Assembly (NCBI GenBank): GCA_002269645.1
Contig: NIVC01003895.1
Span: 7,018 to 71,017, forward strand
Reading direction: 5' to 3'
Source: Macrostomum lignano
Taxonomy: Eukaryota
Length of the DNA: 64,000 bases
Shown here: positions 54,034 through 64,000 of the stretch, one piece after another
Position numbering within the stretch: position 1 is the stretch's first letter
Layout of the letters: the number at the start of each line of letters is the position of its first letter
Notes under the pieces: generated by a model
Databases searched by the model: none
What the model was told of the DNA's origin: nothing
Seen by the model: only the letters and a program-made list of their open reading frames with translations
Position numbers and translations under genes: made by a program

Positions 54034-57000
54034 CGGTAGACTGTTAATATTGTCATCAAAAATGAATCTCTTGTTATCTGCACCTGACAGTCCAATCTTC
54101 TTTTGCTGAATTGTGTGAATAATATGGTTTTTTGATTGTAGCTTTGAGAACTCATGTGATGTCTTTTTGTTGCAATTCAAGGCGTCTCTGTATTCAGCTT
54201 CATTAATTTCCTTCCTTACGACGCGTTTCGGAATTCCCTTTGATTTTTTATTGGGTCTGACGACTCACATTTTACAAAATAGGACTTTGCTCTCAACCCA
54301 ATGAATTCAGTGATTATGTCACCAGCAATCTCGTCCTTCATTTTCCCAATCACTTTTTTGTTAGTGGCGTCAAACACTTGATCGCCATTCTGTGTCCTGA
54401 AAGATTCATCATACTCAGACAAGTCAAACATATCTTTTTGCTGCAGCATATCCTGATAAATGTCTTCTGTTTGAATGTCCATAATAAAACTGTCTGTGTC
54501 AGTGTACAAGAGTTTCATTTTATCCTTGTACTGCTGCTTCATGCCATAGAAGAACTGGTACATCAGACGTTTTGATTCGTCGAGAACAGTGACACCTGTA
54601 TAGATCGGCTTGCGCAGCGTCACCTTGGTTTTGTAAAATATGATCACACCTAAGTAGCTATTAAAGATATGGAGTTCTTTGAACGTTGGCTTTGACATAT
54701 TTGCCTGAATAACAGCAGGCTCTGATGAGGTAACAAGTTTCAGGTTTGTTCTTTTCCGCTCATTCTCAAGAGTCTTGCCATAGACAGAGTTGTTGGCCAA
54801 CTTAAAGAGGTTCTTGTCAAAGTCGTTGGTTGCTTTGGTCCTAAACTGGGTGTTCTTATCAATGTAGGGTTTCATCCACGCTTCCTCTGTAAATGTAACA
54901 GCCCTGTGAACTTTGGTGACCCTGCAACCAAGTGAGATAAAATACTGAAGCAGTTTGTAATGGATTTTGTAACGTGTCTTGTTGTTTAGATTCTGTGTTA
55001 GTTTTTCTGTATGTTCTTTTTCTGTTCCTGACAGGTGCCAAGTTCCATTGGGAGTTTCGATTATTTTCGGGCACTTGATGTTCTCTGGGAAGGGTGGAAA
55101 GTCAGAGAAATAGTCGTGAAGCTCTGGTGGAATGTAAACATCAACCTGATAAATGGCAGCCAATGAAAAGTCCCATTTGAATTCTGATGAGGGTAGCCAT
55201 CGAAAATCTCTAACTGGAAGATCTTGACTCATCGCCCACCCGTAGAGATTATTAGCGTCCAAGTAAGTAATGTAGTTTGAGGGCTGCTCCTTATTGTAAG
55301 ATTCAATGTAGGGATTGTTTGCTTTTGCATACCTGTTAACGCAAATTGAGATTCCCCCTCGCTTTGACGATTCGACAAAATTGTACATGTCAATGTCTGT
55401 AAGAAGTTCAATGTACCAATCTGGATCTTGATCCCATTTCATTTTAAGCAAAGATTCCCAGCTAGTGGCAGGCAGAGACACATAATGTGCTGGATCTGCT
55501 GTGTACCAGGTGTATCTGAAGGTTTCAAACACATCGGCCAGCAGAAACACATCTGTGTAGAGGTAAAGCATGTGATACTGGAAGAAGTTTTGACAATTAA
55601 AGTAATTATAGACATGCTTCGCGTGCTCATAGTCTTTGTCAGAGATTCCAGAGTCTGTTAGCTTTGAAAAGAACTTCTCCTGTGGTGGTAAACCTTCTTC
55701 AAATACGTGATACCCAGTAATATTTTCATAGGGTAGAAGCCTTTGGTTCTCAGGAGTTTAAATGATTCATCACTGTTGTAAACTTTACTTGCAAACGTCT
55801 TTGTATATGTACATTGTTCATCTTTTAGATTCTTGCTTAGTTCGTCTAGACTGGCAGCTAGAAATTGATATGAATCCTTCAGTCTTATTTTACCTTTACC
55901 CGAATTATCCTGTTTAATATCAACACACTTAAACTTCTCCTTGTTCTCTGCGATGCAATCAAGGTGTATGTCTGGAATCATGCCGATTTTTTCAACTATT
56001 AAATGCATGTCATAGTTCTTTGCGTTGTGGCAAAATATCGTTAGATCATGAATGTTCGATTTTAGCTTTAGATTACAGGTGTTATGCGCTGCACCTCTAA
56101 ATTTCCCAGTATAGTGGTAGTGGTCTCTAACGGTCGGGTTTTTAATATCAGTGCAAGTTAACTGTTTCCTGCAGATGTGAGAATGAATTGCTGATAGGAA
56201 ATTGCTTTCATCCTCCTCAGTCATCATTATTGGAACAGGTTGAAGCTAGGGTGCTAATCAATTTTTGCAACTCTAACATTCTGGCAATAAACTGCTCCAC
56301 ACACTGCTCTCCAAAGAAATAATTATACTCAACAAGTCCTTTTGTATTAATAAAGGCATATGCTACTGAATTGGGGACATGTTTTTGAGTTTGAGTTTGT
56401 TTTTGAGTTTCTGGCATGATTGAGCATTCGAAATCAGCATATACAACAAATGGGAGCTTCTCCATCTTGTGATAGTTCTTAAACCGGAATACTTCTCTTC
56501 AGCTGAAGGAAGAGAGCAGTTTGTTGGGTGATCCTCGCATGATAATTCATGCTCTGCTAGTTTTTCAAGCGTTCAGGTCCACTGTAATGCTTAAGGCACA
56601 AGCGGCAGATGGCAACAGCCTCGTGATGATTATTCAACTGCTTGTGAATGAGTCTTGAAAGATCTTTAATCCAAACATAGTGAGCCTCCTCTAGTAAATT
56701 ACCAATCACTAGAAGATCCACTTCAGTCCGCCTTTTCCCCTCAGGATCTAAAACGTCTTTGCTACATCTGACCGGTTGAACTTTCTCAGTTTTTTCACTC
56801 CATTCAAAGACTGTGATTCTAATTTTGTTATTAAACACTTCTTCTAGCTTTGGGATCTGAGAGATCGCCAAGCCTCCTTTGTCAAACCTGATTCCCTTCT
56901 TTTCGCATTCGATGAGATAGTAGTTGAAATAATTTTGATAATTTGAGGTTCTTTCGGGGTGGTGAGGTACACTAAAAAGTGCAGAAAGAACTGCCCATAG

Positions 57001-57807
57001 AGCACAGCAATTGTCTTTATTTTTAACATTTATGCAAGCTTTTTTGCCGGCTAGCTTATGCGGGAGCTCTATATAAGAGGAGGCTTTAAGTGGGTCATAT
57101 TTCATGACCATGACAGTCGCTCTTTGAATCCCTCCTACGACCCATCCGGAACCTCTGGATGTAAACGCTTCAATTTTCTTAGTGACATCTTGAAGGAAAG
57201 GATCCAGTGTGTCTGTAGGGGTGAATGGCTTTGCCTTTGTTGTCATGTAATACTCGAGATGCTCAGTGGGTTTTGCAGGCATATAAAACGCAATCTTGAA
57301 TGATATCTGTAGTTTAAAAGTCTTGCGTGTTTTGAGTGTGTGATCAACAACTGATTGGATGCTATCTTTATAGTCGTAGATGTTTGCGGTGGTATCCTTA
57401 ATTGGGATTGTGTACTCTATGTAATGTTCTGTAAACTTCCTCTGTGCAAAATTAATCTCTTCAATGGCAAGCTCCGACTCTTTTAAATGGATTAATTGCT
57501 CTAATTTCTCTTGTTCCTGCTTATTTTGTGGGTACTTTGCTTTTTCACCAGTGAGAGTTTCGTATTTGTTAACTAAGTTGCGACTCCTCTCTTGGTGTTC
57601 CTTTGCAGGATTTTTTATAGGCGCATACTGGTTGGATTCTAATTGATTGATGATTTCCAACTGTTTTTCATAGCTTCCCAGGTGACCAGGGTCGGTGTTA
57701 AACTTTTGTTTACATGCTTCTCTTAGTAAATTACTTTTGTCTTGAAATGAGACGCCTTTTGAAAAATATTTGTTGACTAAATCTTTTGCTGGATTAGCTT
57801 TTGGCAT
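53995..57807 (-). pseudogene. polB: Protein-primed family B DNA polymerase with Endonuclease VII-like insert, several frameshifts
   Basis: Fragments 56557-57807, 56217-56465, 55658-56227, 54216-55571 and 53995-54180. Motifs YADFE, HNAKNYD, YLDANNLYGWAM, KLANNSVYGK, YTDTDS, KKVIGKMKDE, and DHYHYTGKFRGAAHNTCNL. Confidence 0.95.
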
Positions 57808-57930
57808 TTTTTCTCTAAAATAAAAAAAATTTTTGAGGGTGACCACCCTGATAGAAAAGTTGAACTGTTTCTACATCCTATCAGTAGCGTTAGGTTTATG
57901 AAGCTGGATAAAGTGGGGTTTAAAACCTCA

Positions 57931-58377
57931 TCACATGCGCATTATTGTAAACCCAGCATTGTGCAGTGTCATGATTGCTTTGACAATGTCAGACTTGCTT
58001 ACAGAATTTTCATGCTCACAATCATCACAATCAGGGCAACCATCTCCTGCCTTAATTGTTATACCTTTGTCTCTTGCAATCTTTTGCAATTCTAGCTGGT
58101 GGGCTCTATCATTACCAGCTTTAACAGCAGTTGCTACACCTCCAGCTACACCACCTGCGGCACTTACAGCGCCTGCAATGATTGGGATAAGAGCTGCTAA
58201 TGGTAGGATTCCTCCTGACTTTTCATCTGTGATGCTGTGTCTTTGCTCATTACACTCAACTATTTGCTGTGTGGGATCGATTTTTACTTTGATACCTTTA
58301 ATTGATACAAGACCTGGTTTCTTTGATTCAATGATTTTATTGAGTTTATTGAGGGTTCTAGTTTCAATCTTTGTCAT
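57931..58377 (-). CDS. Adenovirus pX-like core protein, 148 aa
   Basis: SGGILPLAALIPIIAGAVSA resembles the adenovirus pX C-terminus RGGILPLLIPLIAAAIGA. Confidence 0.65.
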   Translation of the reverse strand: MTKIETRTLNKLNKIIESKKPGLVSIKGIKVKIDPTQQIVECNEQRHSITDEKSGGILPLAALIPIIAGAVSAAGGVAGGVATAVKAGNDRAHQLELQKIARDKGITIKAGDGCPDCDDCEHENSVSKSDIVKAIMTLHNAGFTIMRM

Positions 58378-58392
58378 TTTTTATTTTTATTT

Positions 58393-59426
58393 TTAATTAA
58401 TTTCTGTGTCAGCTAGTATCACTAGGAGTTCAGCTCTAGTGAATGACCGCGTGGGGGATTTAGGGTTAAAGGTTTGAGATAAAAAGTAATAGTCACCGGA
58501 GTCGGAGGTAAAATGTCTGTCTATTTTATGTACATCAAGGCTGAAGTATGGATCTGTAGCTCTTCTTTTGTGTCCTTCTCTAGCTCTCCAGGTAGATATA
58601 AAAAGCGTAGAAACTCAGAGTTTGTCAGTATGTATGGTGATTCAACTGCTGGAAGCTTAGGGTAGTTCGAGTGTGTTTTGTGTTGTGTGTGTTGTGTAGG
58701 GGTTGTCGTGTTGTTGTCTGTTCTATGAGTTGCCTTAAGTTCGACAGTGTCTTGTTTAATTGCATGGGACGGTTTCAATCCAGTCATGCGTGTGACTTCA
58801 TTGTTCAGTTGCTCTATAACAGTGGGGAGCCGGTCTGTCCATTTTGAATAGTACTGACCACTTTTTAGTTTCAGCTCCTCAGCTGTCTGCTTAGTGAATA
58901 GCCTCTTGGCTAGAGTTAGATTGAATCTCTCACGTACGCTTGGTCTCTGTGCAAGTTTGTTCTGCCATAGCGAATTTTTGTGTCATACTTATGTAGGAGA
59001 CTTCGTACTGCCCCATAGAATTCCTTACCCTGATCGGCCATGAACATTTCTGGATAGGTTAGAGGAGAGTTTCATAGATCTCTTGCAGTGCGCTGGCAAC
59101 AACCTCTGACTTCTTCGTCTTGAGTGGGCGAGCTTCCTTATATCTGGAAGCAACGTCTATAATTGTAAGAGCATACTTGTAGCCTGAGTCGTTGGGAGAA
59201 ACAAAAGATCTGCTTGGTGCGCTTCATTAGGTTTATAGATGCTAAAGTGAGGTCTTGTAAATTTTACTGGTGGGAAATAGACTTGAAAGACAGCCTGCTT
59301 AGAGAGCCACTTTTCTACTGTAGCTTTTGGTTCCTTACTTAGTTCTGCGAGTTTGGTGACTGCATTTTTTCCTACAAAGAATCCTTTTTCGCTGTAGTAG
59401 AGCTTTTGAAGTTTCTGATCTGTCAT
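58393..59426 (-). pseudogene. Retroviral-like (rve) DDE integrase, frameshifted
   Basis: HQADLLF, LTIIDVASRY, ADQGKEF, ERFNLTL, MTGLKP, GELEKD and C-terminal PTRSFTRAELL, spread over several frames. Confidence 0.9.
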
Positions 59427-59467
59427 TTTTAAAAAAAATTAAATAAAAGAAAATTTTAAATAAAATA

Positions 59468-59830
59468 TTGCAGTGCTATGGTGGTAAAATAGATTCACAT
59501 GGACTGATAGAAAAGCTTCCTCATCCAAACAAAGGCTGGACAGTTCCCGGGTACAAATATTGTGGGCCTTTGAATCCACTTGAAATACAGTTAGATAAAA
59601 ACAATAATCCAAATCCTGGGCATGAGCCTGTGAACGAGCTAGACTCTGTCTGCATGTGGCATGACATCTAGTATAGAGATTTTCCTGAGGAGAAGAATCG
59701 GTGGGACAAAGAAATGCTTAGGAGATTAGACCATATGGGGGCTTCAAGCGGATTTCGTGAGTCGATTGCTAGGAAATTAGTCAAGGCGGTTATTTTTGGA
59801 AAGACAAAATTGGGTTGGGGGTGTACGCCG
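59468..59830 (+). pseudogene. Parvovirus-type phospholipase A2 (PLA2X-like) with an in-frame TAG at 59669-59671
   Basis: Ca loop PGYKYCGPLNPL, catalytic HD (WHDI). The same frame continues YRD...WDKEMLRRL...KTKLG. No ATG at the expected start. Confidence 0.85.
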
Positions 59831-59946
59831 AGGGCGGGGTGGGCTTTGTATTGCACGCACCAAGTAAAAAAACTAGGCAGACTGCTGAAAGAGCTGGGGT
59901 TGAGAGAGCAGAATGATTCAAGCAAGAATATTCAGCTCATTCTTTT

Positions 59947-60052
59947 GAGAGACAACTGGAAAACATTTTTAGAGAAATTATTTTTTTCGGAGGATGAGCA
60001 CCCTGGGTTTAGGTAATTAAAGTCTTTGGGATCTGGTTTCGCGAATTGAATG
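59947..60052. repeat. Degenerate internal copy of part of the right TIR
   Basis: gagagacaactggaaaacatttttagagaaa...gggatctggtttcgcg...ttgaatg matches 62040-62152. Confidence 0.8.
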
Positions 60053-60196
60053 ATCGACTTTACTACATGTACCAAATTAAAGGAAGACTTCCAAAATTGA
60101 TATTAATAATTAACTATTATAAAACAATATATTTGAAATTAAATAGGATAAAAATTTAAATTAAGAGAAATACCGAGAATGTTCAGTGTAGTTATA

Positions 60197-60413
60197 GAAA
60201 AATTGTAACTTTTCCTGATCGTTCAGGATTTTTATTCAGGATTTTTTTTCAGACATTAACATTACTAACTACTAACAGTAGAAAAATCGCAACTTTTCCT
60301 GATCGTTCAGGATTTTTATTCAGGATTTTTTTTCAGACATTAACATTACTAACTACTAACAGTAGAAAAATCGCAACTTTTCCTGATCGTTCAGGATTTT
60401 TATTCAGGATTTG
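60197..60413. repeat. 84-bp tandem repeat with a CCTGA-TCGT-TCAGG palindrome
   Basis: About 2.6 units, period 84 (60281 vs 60365). Confidence 0.9.
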
Positions 60414-60568
60414 TTAGTTCCTGAAGTCGCAGTAGTAAAATCTTAACTTAACATTCAAAGTAAATAAAATAAATAATGTTACTCATCTACTACCGAAGCG
60501 TTATTCCATTCCATATTTGTTTCGTCCAACAGATCGTCATCTTCTTCTCCTTGAAATACAATCTCAAA

Positions 60569-61320
60569 TCAACCTCTAGTTTCGAACAAAAATTGTCGTC
60601 TTGGTCGGCTTCTTTTTTCGATCGTTTTCTTAAACGCTAACAACGTCTCCATTGAGTATCCAGTCAACGCCAGATTAGGATATTTTCTCATAAGATTATG
60701 GAATGTGAATAGCCGCTCGGCAAACTTTATCCCAATGTCCAACCGCTTGGCCGCCACTTCTGTGCTCACCCCTAGTTGATTTTTCAGTTCGGCCAGAACT
60801 TCAGCCTGCTTTTTCCTGGCCAAACAGCTAAGTGTTTCTATCTCCGCGATGAACATTTCAAGGGTGTTGAATTGCAGTCGTTTGCCGTCCACATCAGCTT
60901 GAAACAGGTCCCATACAAAGATTTTTAACTCGGAGAACCTAAAGGAAAGAATATTGGATCATAATGTGAATAAGGTCAAAGGTTTGCTTGCAAAAAATAT
61001 CCAATCTATGTCCAATTTCTAAAAATAAGCAAGACTTACCTCGTCTTAATCACCAGCTGTTCGTTTTTTATTGAATTAATTTTTTGCTTCAAGCGAGCTA
61101 AAAACCGAGCTTTCCGGTCTTCTTTATCTTGAGTACAAGATTTCTCTTTCTCCGAACGCTCTTTTCTTATAGAATTTACGTCTACTTTTTGTAAAATTTT
61201 TAAAAGTAAAGCTCTTTCGTGATCTTCTAGATTAGCAATGGCGATTGCCGTACTGGCGGAATCTTTACTACTAATACTCCTTAGCGTATTCAGAATTTTT
61301 ACAGCGTCGCTGGAACTCAT
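60569..61320 (-). CDS. Spliced Polinton accessory gene (exons 61320-61040 and 60938-60569)
   Basis: AG|GTAAGT donor, pyrimidine tract plus TTTAG acceptor, 101-bp phase-2 intron joining two ORFs in frame (VIKTR-FSELKIF...VDGKRL). The C-terminus may be frameshifted near 60615. Confidence 0.72.
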
Positions 61321-61384
61321 GACGAGGCGGAGCAGACCCTGCGGCGGGTAGGCGGGCTGGGGCGAGGGCGGTGTGAATCGGCTG

Positions 61385-61399
61385 TTTATATACCATTGG
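61385..61399 (-). promoter_or_regulatory. CCAAT + TATATAAA promoter of the spliced gene
   Basis: Minus strand accaatggTATATAAAcagc, ~65 bp upstream of the ATG at 61320, with GC-rich sequence downstream. Confidence 0.6.
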
Positions 61400-61818
61400 T
61401 GTGGGCTCGGGAATCCATGGATTCTCTTTTTATTCTAGAATATTCTAGAATAAGGGAAACCCACAGATTTTCAACTTATAGCCAGTATTTTCTATTAATG
61501 GTTGATTGGGGTTGCCTGGAAAACGGACGGGTTATGTAAAGAACTAGGAAGACTACTGAAAGAGTTGGGGGTTGAGAAGGTTGGGGTTTAAACAAGGAAC
61601 TAAATGGGCGTTTCTGAAGCTAGGCAAGGGATCCTTTGAGCTAGTTAAGGCTTGAGCTGGGCAAGCTTTTTCTCTATGCTGCACCACGCCGCTCGCGCTA
61701 TGATAAGAAACAGCTGCCATACCCATTCCGCTATCACCCACCCACCACACAGCAAAATACCATGCGTAAAAATATCTATTAATGCAGTCTTAGTCTTAAA
61801 GCGTATTGTAGCGACATT

Positions 61819-62058
61819 CTACAATTGCCTAATGATTTCTGCAAAGTTATAGTAGCTGTCGTAATCTTTTACGTAGGTTACTCCGTACTTATGAAACCAG
61901 TGTCTTTGAAGAGCTAGATTAATATTAGGGGCATTGATATCAACATCGGGCCAATATTTTCTCATGTACTCGCTGCATTCCTTCTTGCATTGGTACTTAC
62001 TCTTGTAATTAGGCTCGTGCGCTTTGTAATAAGAACCTGGAGAGACAACTGGAAACAT
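61819..62058 (-). CDS. 79-aa ORF in the right TIR (MFPVVSPGSYY...IIRQL)
   Basis: Mirror of 46773-47012. Confidence 0.6.
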   Translation of the reverse strand: MFPVVSPGSYYKAHEPNYKSKYQCKKECSEYMRKYWPDVDINAPNINLALQRHWFHKYGVTYVKDYDSYYNFAEIIRQL

Positions 62059-62595
62059 TTTTAGAGAAAAATTAGATTTTTTTCAATGGTAAGGACCCTG
62101 CGCTGATGATTTAAAGTTTTAGGGATCTGGTTTCGCGTTGCAAATTGAATGTGGGAAGAAGAATGCAGATTATTTTCTTATTGTTTCGAAAATGCTATGG
62201 GTGGATGTCAGTGGATTATGTCAGTGTCAGTGAGCATAACAGGTATCAGTGGACACCTGCTCTGATTCTGTCAGGGATAATATGGATGGATTTAATGGGA
62301 TTATGTTCGAAGTTTTCGGAGGCAAGTGCGGCCCCTCCCCTTTTTCATGATTCTGTCAGGGATAATATGGATGGATTTAGGTGGATTATGGAGGACGTTT
62401 TGAGCGAGTGCGACCCCCCTTTTTTCTGATTCTGTCGGGGATAATATGGATGGATTTAATGGGATTATGGAGGACGTTTTCGGAGCAAGTGCGACCCCCC
62501 TTTTTTCTAATTCTGTCAGGGATAATATGATGGATTTAGGTGGATTATGGAGGACGTGAAAAATTTTGTCCCAAAAGCCCCTCATGCATTCTACT
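61819..62595 (-). repeat. Polinton right TIR (uninterrupted)
   Basis: Reverse complement of 34308-34836 plus 46760-47012. Confidence 0.95.
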
Positions 62596-63483
62596 ATAGA
62601 CCAATCAAGATCCAAATATTTTGTCTGTAAAAAAACATCGAAGATTAGATTTGTTTACTTTCAAGGCCTATTTAGTCTTTGTTTCAAATTCTCCATTTGA
62701 AGAATTTTGCTTCATTCCATGTGCTTCAATATTTGTGAGCCAAAACGATATCTAAATTTTTATTTTTTTGGTCAATTGCAACGGCTGTCATCGCTTTAAG
62801 GCCTATAACACCCAGTGCCAGAACGTGTGATGGATTAATCCAGAAATTAGTAGTGGCTACAAGCCAACATATTTAGACTTGACCGGCGATGATACCCCGA
62901 CTTCTCGACCTCCTACACTCCTACATGGCATAACTCATAACTAACTAAATCTGTCATGGTTTGATAATTATGCAATTAGAAGCAAGCGTATTTCTTTAAA
63001 CTTTAGTCAAGATTACTACCAGTACTTCTTAAGTGTTATAATTATGTGCATAAATTTTTTCTAGTTTTTTAATAATAAGTTATTTTGTTTAATTAGACTC
63101 CGCTTCCAAGAAATTCGACACATACGATTTTAAACATGCAACTTATGTAATACAACTTATTACAGTCTTTTCTGTAAGCATGTGGCAGCAGTCTTTGACT
63201 TTGATCAAGCAGTCTATGTGCTGTGACCGTAGGATGCACTGGTTGTGCAGGAAACTCATTTTACGTATAGTATTCGCAGATGGCTAATCGTAGCCAGGCA
63301 ATTAAAGCTTTTTTATTTGAAACCGATGGGAGGCTAGTATTACAGCAAGCGGACTTTAATAACGTGGGATTTAGGACATATAATACAACAGAATGCATAG
63401 AATGCTTGGGCTTGAAAACACACTAACACTATGCAAGATTCAAACGTTTCAGACTAATTAGAATCTTTTCCGTCTGCATGTAT

Positions 63484-63605
63484 CTAATAATAATAATAGT
63501 AATAAAAATAATGATAATAATAATAATAATAATAATAAAAACAATAATAATAATCATCATCATAACCATAATCATAATCACAATCATAATCATAATAACA
63601 ATAAT
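63484..63605. repeat. (AAT)n/(CAT)n compound microsatellite
   Basis: Read directly. Confidence 0.9.
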
Positions 63606-64000
63606 ACTATTTCCTTAAACTATTATGATTATGATTATGGTAACTATTTCTTTAGCAAATCGTTCAGGCCTGACAGGCGTAGTCACTGAATACGTACTAC
63701 TACTAGAACCGTGCTATATAGTCTCCGGTAAATACTCGTAAATGAGCCGGAGTCGTTACAAAAATTACGCTCGTATTTAAGTTGCGATGCAAACGAAATC
63801 AATTAGCATTTTCATATTAGGAACGAAATAAGATAGCATAATCATATAATAACAATATCTCTTCATGCAGACTTAAACTACTTTATTTCTGGTATACTTG
63901 TAGCTCAAGCGCAGATTTTATTCGACTCGAATCAAGATCGATATATTGTCGTACAAAAATGAAATATCATATGCTAGCTGATGCGACATAGATGCTTCTT

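Larger units (their letters stand above)
34308..62595. mobile_element. Polinton/Maverick (adintovirus-like) element, 28288 bp including an 11.9-kb nested insertion
   Basis: Ends AGTAGAATGCATGAG / CTCATGCATTCTACT, 6-bp TSD ATAGAC at 34302-34307 and 62596-62601, long TIRs, and the full core gene set. Confidence 0.96.

Noticed and set aside
51655-59671. TAG readthrough or recoding (in-frame TAG in both ATPase and PLA2)
   Set aside because: Other element genes end normally at TAG, and PolB and integrase carry frameshifts, so ordinary decay or sequence error is simpler.

Overview
Metazoan nuclear DNA, invertebrate-like. The GC-rich short-intron genes and dense minisatellites suggest a flatworm such as Macrostomum (inference only). 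The main feature is one complete Polinton/Maverick (adintovirus-like endogenous virus) at 34308-62595, with AGT...ACT ends, a 6-bp TSD (ATAGAC) and ~760-bp TIRs. It encodes major and minor capsid proteins, packaging ATPase, adenain-like protease, protein-primed PolB, integrase, parvovirus-type PLA2, an adenovirus pX-like protein, a small ORF duplicated in both TIRs and a spliced gene with a TATA promoter. Several of its genes carry frameshifts or nonsense codons. A 752-bp inversion between 7-bp inverted repeats splits two genes, and flipping it back rejoins both in frame. The left TIR is interrupted by three head-to-tail non-autonomous Helitrons (TC...hairpin-CTAG, 11.9 kb, mostly minisatellite), one carrying a tRNA-derived SINE. 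A fourth Helitron lies at 25058-28882. Host genes: a fibrinogen-domain (FReD) gene, two PAN/Apple + LamG-like paralogues plus a fragment, and a 512-aa repeat protein. Also present: a 273-bp satellite array inside a (CTAT)n microsatellite, a decayed Gypsy-type gag-protease fragment, a second SINE and many minisatellites.
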